Below, piece after piece: positions 47,786-50,843 of a stretch of 50,843 nucleotides of DNA. The DNA lies in IMG/VR virus record IMGVR_UViG_3300009786_000020, positions 1-50,843 of that record; one strand, 5' to 3'. The translations under genes and the position numbers were made by a program. The notes under the pieces are model-generated. The model worked only from the letters and a program-made list of their open reading frames with translations. It was not told the DNA's origin and did no database searches. The stretch's first letter is position 1. The number at the start of each line of letters is the position of its first letter. Source of the DNA: a virus (Duplodnaviria; Caudoviricetes).

Positions 47786-48019
47786 ATGTCTAGTAATTCA
47801 GATAGCAAGGTTATAAACCTCTATATTCAAGGTGTTACAGGGTTCGCCCAACCAACAGAAGTTAAAGCAAACACGGTACGTGAGTTGCGAGCTGATGAAC
47901 GTTGGACCCTCGAAGGTCACATCGCAGTAAATGGCATTGTTGCCACAGACGATACCGTTATTGAAGAAGGTAACGACGTCGCACATCACATTACCAAGAA
48001 TACTGGTGGTGCGGCATAA
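47786..48019 (+). CDS. Ubiquitin-like beta-grasp protein (ThiS/MoaD-like) with C-terminal GG plus an AA extension
   Basis: 77 aa; TVRELR, IAVNG...IEEGNDV...TGG signature; AAGGAG RBS; upstream of E2-like, JAB and E1 genes. Confidence 0.82.
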   Translation: MSSNSDSKVINLYIQGVTGFAQPTEVKANTVRELRADERWTLEGHIAVNGIVATDDTVIEEGNDVAHHITKNTGGAA

Positions 48020-48289
48020 CATCCGAAAAATGTTAATAGGTAACAGATTTAATATTACACTCATAACTACTATGTTTTGCACGCAGAGTGTCACGAACTA
48101 ACATCAAATCTTAATATAGGTGCAATATCCTTGAAAGATGCGCTGAGTACTCACGACCACAGCTAGGCCACTTCCTCTGGTAGTCTCGACTAATACTAAA
48201 TCATTCAGGTTCATAATTCCAGGGCGCTAGTTCCAGTAGGAGCAGCCGAAGGTTCCACCCAACGAAATAATATTGTAAAGGTAAAGAAA

Positions 48290-50104
48290 ATGGAAACATT
48301 AAAAAAAGTAATAAAGTCAAATATACTACCATTTGATGGTAAACGTTATTTGTCCCATATATTTGAAAAGATAGCAACTAATATTGATAGTTATACTATC
48401 ATGTATAAAGACTTTAGCTTAAAAGGTAAAGTAATCGAAAGATTAAGAGCATTCTGTGAGTTCTTTAATATAACGCTCGAGCTTAATAATAACATGACGT
48501 TTAAAAGAGGCTCATATGCAAAAATAAAAGAAACTTACATAAACGCTAGATATCCTCACTGGTTCACTAAAAAGGGAACAAATAAGATATGGAAAATCTT
48601 TCGTCCTCCAGAAAACCATGGATATAAATTTGAGCAAGATATGATAAATATTGATGCTTCTTTAAGTAATTTAAGGCGTGATGGACATACTTTAGATAGT
48701 GATGATGATAGTACAATTAAGGAGAAATTTCAAGTATTCTTAAATAATATCAGTCAAACTAATCATCCTGATATAGAGTATGATATATCAGATAAACCAT
48801 TGGTATATTCAAGACGCTCTAAATGGGTCAGTGAATCAATAGGTAATTCTGATGCTTATATACAACATAAACAAAGGCTTGCTTATGATATTCCAACTAT
48901 AACGCTTCCATTATTTTGCAATATAAAAGTAAAATTACCGGATACTAATATAGTGTTTCATGAATCAGATGGCGGAAGTGATGTAACTGTTTATAAAACA
49001 ATAGATTGGGGCGATTTAGTTGTATATATGACCTTCCCAATTCAAACAGTTTTAGAGCATGATAATGGGTCTCGTGAAAAAATATGTATACATACAGACC
49101 TTTTTCCAAATTATCCAGGCACTATGCATCCTTTTGTTTCTATAGAATGGGGTGGATATGCACATGGTAATACTTGTTTTGGCTCTTTCCCAATAGAAAG
49201 GTTAATTCTAGAAGGTAAGCTAATGGAAGCTTTAACTCACATGCAATCATGGGCGAATAGTTATGATGTACATAGAACCTCTCCAATTAATAATGCGAGA
49301 AGAACTTATTATAGCTTGAATAGTAGCAATGGTGCTTTGTCTAATGATAGTGATTGTTGTGATACGGCGTTTCAGTATTATAAGAATGAAACTGTAGATG
49401 CTGAAGTAGTCATTCCAATTGTAGAGGCACACTTAGCTCAATTCTGTGATGATTGTATATGTTCATCTGATTGCATAATCCAAGATAGAATGCTTGAGTT
49501 TCTAACGGCAAGGAGTCCATTAGAAGACTTAGCTTTATTAGAAGATTTTGTGAGAAGAGAATGGTGCAATATGTTCCCTGAAGGTCCAGCAATAAAAGAA
49601 CAGCAATTAGAAATACTTGCAATGTTTGATACGTTTAGAAGTTATATACCTCACACTATAACAGTACGAGGAATGACTTCTGCTGCTAAGTTACTATTTC
49701 TTGATTTAAGTCATATTAAACAATCTGGCTTTGATTCTTGCATTGTAGATACATTACATAATCTACATGTTACTGACTGTATCGGTCGTGCTATGCGAAC
49801 ATCAGCACGCTTAAATTACAGACATAATATGTGTGTTGAAAATGGTACAATAGTTGAAGATATAGAACATGGACATACTATAATTGAAAGTTTAAAGGCG
49901 TATCAAGCGGCTTTAAATGTAGCTTATTTAGTTAGCTTATTGATAGTAACAGGCAAGGTGGGCTATAGTAATCTATCTGCACTTGGTGAACAATATACAA
50001 TAGGTGAATTATATAATCTCTTGTATGACTCATGTAAAACTAATGCATACATCAGTAAAATGAAAATAGAATTACCATTTCCAGATGAAGATGGTATTCA
50101 CTAA
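48290..50104 (+). CDS. Multidomain protein with a central E2/UBC-like domain and a Cys cluster
   Basis: H280-P-F-V...G-N-T-C296-F-G followed by helices and W...Y; C356,C357...C386xxC389xC391xxxC395; located between Ubl and JAB. Confidence 0.65.
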   Translation: METLKKVIKSNILPFDGKRYLSHIFEKIATNIDSYTIMYKDFSLKGKVIERLRAFCEFFNITLELNNNMTFKRGSYAKIKETYINARYPHWFTKKGTNKIWKIFRPPENHGYKFEQDMINIDASLSNLRRDGHTLDSDDDSTIKEKFQVFLNNISQTNHPDIEYDISDKPLVYSRRSKWVSESIGNSDAYIQHKQRLAYDIPTITLPLFCNIKVKLPDTNIVFHESDGGSDVTVYKTIDWGDLVVYMTFPIQTVLEHDNGSREKICIHTDLFPNYPGTMHPFVSIEWGGYAHGNTCFGSFPIERLILEGKLMEALTHMQSWANSYDVHRTSPINNARRTYYSLNSSNGALSNDSDCCDTAFQYYKNETVDAEVVIPIVEAHLAQFCDDCICSSDCIIQDRMLEFLTARSPLEDLALLEDFVRREWCNMFPEGPAIKEQQLEILAMFDTFRSYIPHTITVRGMTSAAKLLFLDLSHIKQSGFDSCIVDTLHNLHVTDCIGRAMRTSARLNYRHNMCVENGTIVEDIEHGHTIIESLKAYQAALNVAYLVSLLIVTGKVGYSNLSALGEQYTIGELYNLLYDSCKTNAYISKMKIELPFPDEDGIH

Positions 50105-50131
50105 CCCCCGTAAAGGTAAAGAAAGGTCTAA

Positions 50132-50843
50132 ATGAAAACTAACAATGCTGTAGTGGTCTCATCACATAGATTCTACATTAGCAAAGAAGATAAAAAGAAG
50201 GTTTGGGATTATGCTCAATCTGCTTTTGATGTATATCAATCAGAAATCACAGGAATGATGGTAGTTTTACAAGATGCCGAAGGTGATTACATAATGCAGG
50301 ACCCAATAATTCTTAAACAAGAAGTATCTGCCAGTGCGTGTGAAATTGATGAAGATGAAATGGCTATGTATACTTGTAAAATGATGTCTAAGTATTCTGG
50401 ACAAGAAGTTCGCTTTTTATGGTGGCACAGCCATCATAACATGGGTGTCTTTTGGTCAGGTACAGATGATAAAAATATCTTGGTAAATAAAACACAAGAT
50501 TTCAATTTATCATTAGTAGTTGGGTTAGATGGAGATTACTTGCTTAGGTTACAATTCTTTGAACCAGTAGAAACTTATGTTAATACTGAAATGCATGTCT
50601 TAGGTCAAGACTCAGGTGTTCCTGATGATATCACTAAGGAAGTCAAAGAACTATGTAATAAAACAACTTATGCTGTTACTAGACCTATCAATACCCATCA
50701 ATCTAGCCTTCCATTAAATGCAAATGGAGTTAATGGTTATGGTTATCAATACGATGCTTATGACGAAAGTCAAGATGTATATGGAATGAGTTATGGTCAT
50801 AGTAAACATTATAATAATGAATATAAAGAATATGTTGATTTAG
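50132..50843 (+). CDS. JAB/MPN+ (JAMM) metalloprotease, N-terminal part; continues across the origin to 432
   Basis: Translated by hand: MKTNNAVV...SEITGMM...FLWWHSHHNMGVFWSGTDD = E...HSH-x7-S-x2-D; absent from the ORF track because it has no stop in the window. Confidence 0.92.
   Translation, partial: MKTNNAVVVSSHRFYISKEDKKKVWDYAQSAFDVYQSEITGMMVVLQDAEGDYIMQDPIILKQEVSASACEIDEDEMAMYTCKMMSKYSGQEVRFLWWHSHHNMGVFWSGTDDKNILVNKTQDFNLSLVVGLDGDYLLRLQFFEPVETYVNTEMHVLGQDSGVPDDITKEVKELCNKTTYAVTRPINTHQSSLPLNANGVNGYGYQYDAYDESQDVYGMSYGHSKHYNNEYKEYVDL
50681..50843. repeat. Terminal direct repeat, right copy
   Basis: Matches 1-163 with 3 substitutions. Confidence 0.97.

Noticed and set aside
1-50843. CRISPR array, integrase/att site or transposase
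   Set aside because: No regularly spaced repeats or recombinase motifs were seen on reading; a search could still reveal divergent ones

Overview
This window looks like a complete, circularly permuted, AT-rich podovirus-type dsDNA phage genome of about 50,680 bp: bases 1-163 recur at 50681-50843 with 3 mismatches. The + strand arm (44776 through the origin to 8463) carries early and replication genes: many small ORFs, a Sak4/AAA ATPase, a probable SSB, an AEP primase fused to a DnaB-type helicase, and an HNH nuclease. The - strand arm (44297 to 8558) carries virion genes: lytic transglycosylase, TerS, TerL, portal, scaffold, capsid, adaptors, holin-like proteins, tail nozzle and ejection proteins. 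It also encodes a 3436-aa protein with a DLDGD motif, probably a virion RNA polymerase with SLOG-like and NADAR-like N-terminal domains. The main finding is a phage-encoded ubiquitin-like conjugation operon that spans the window origin and is partly missed by the ORF track. Its order is Ubl (ThiS/MoaD-like, ending GG-AA), a 604-aa protein with an E2-like HP..C motif and a Cys cluster, a JAB/MPN+ protease with an intact JAMM motif, and a ThiF/E1. Secondary findings include a ~450-nt structured noncoding region, three TTG-N17-TAAATT promoters, and virion domains apparently split across TAATG junctions. All family calls come from reading motifs by eye; no database search was run.
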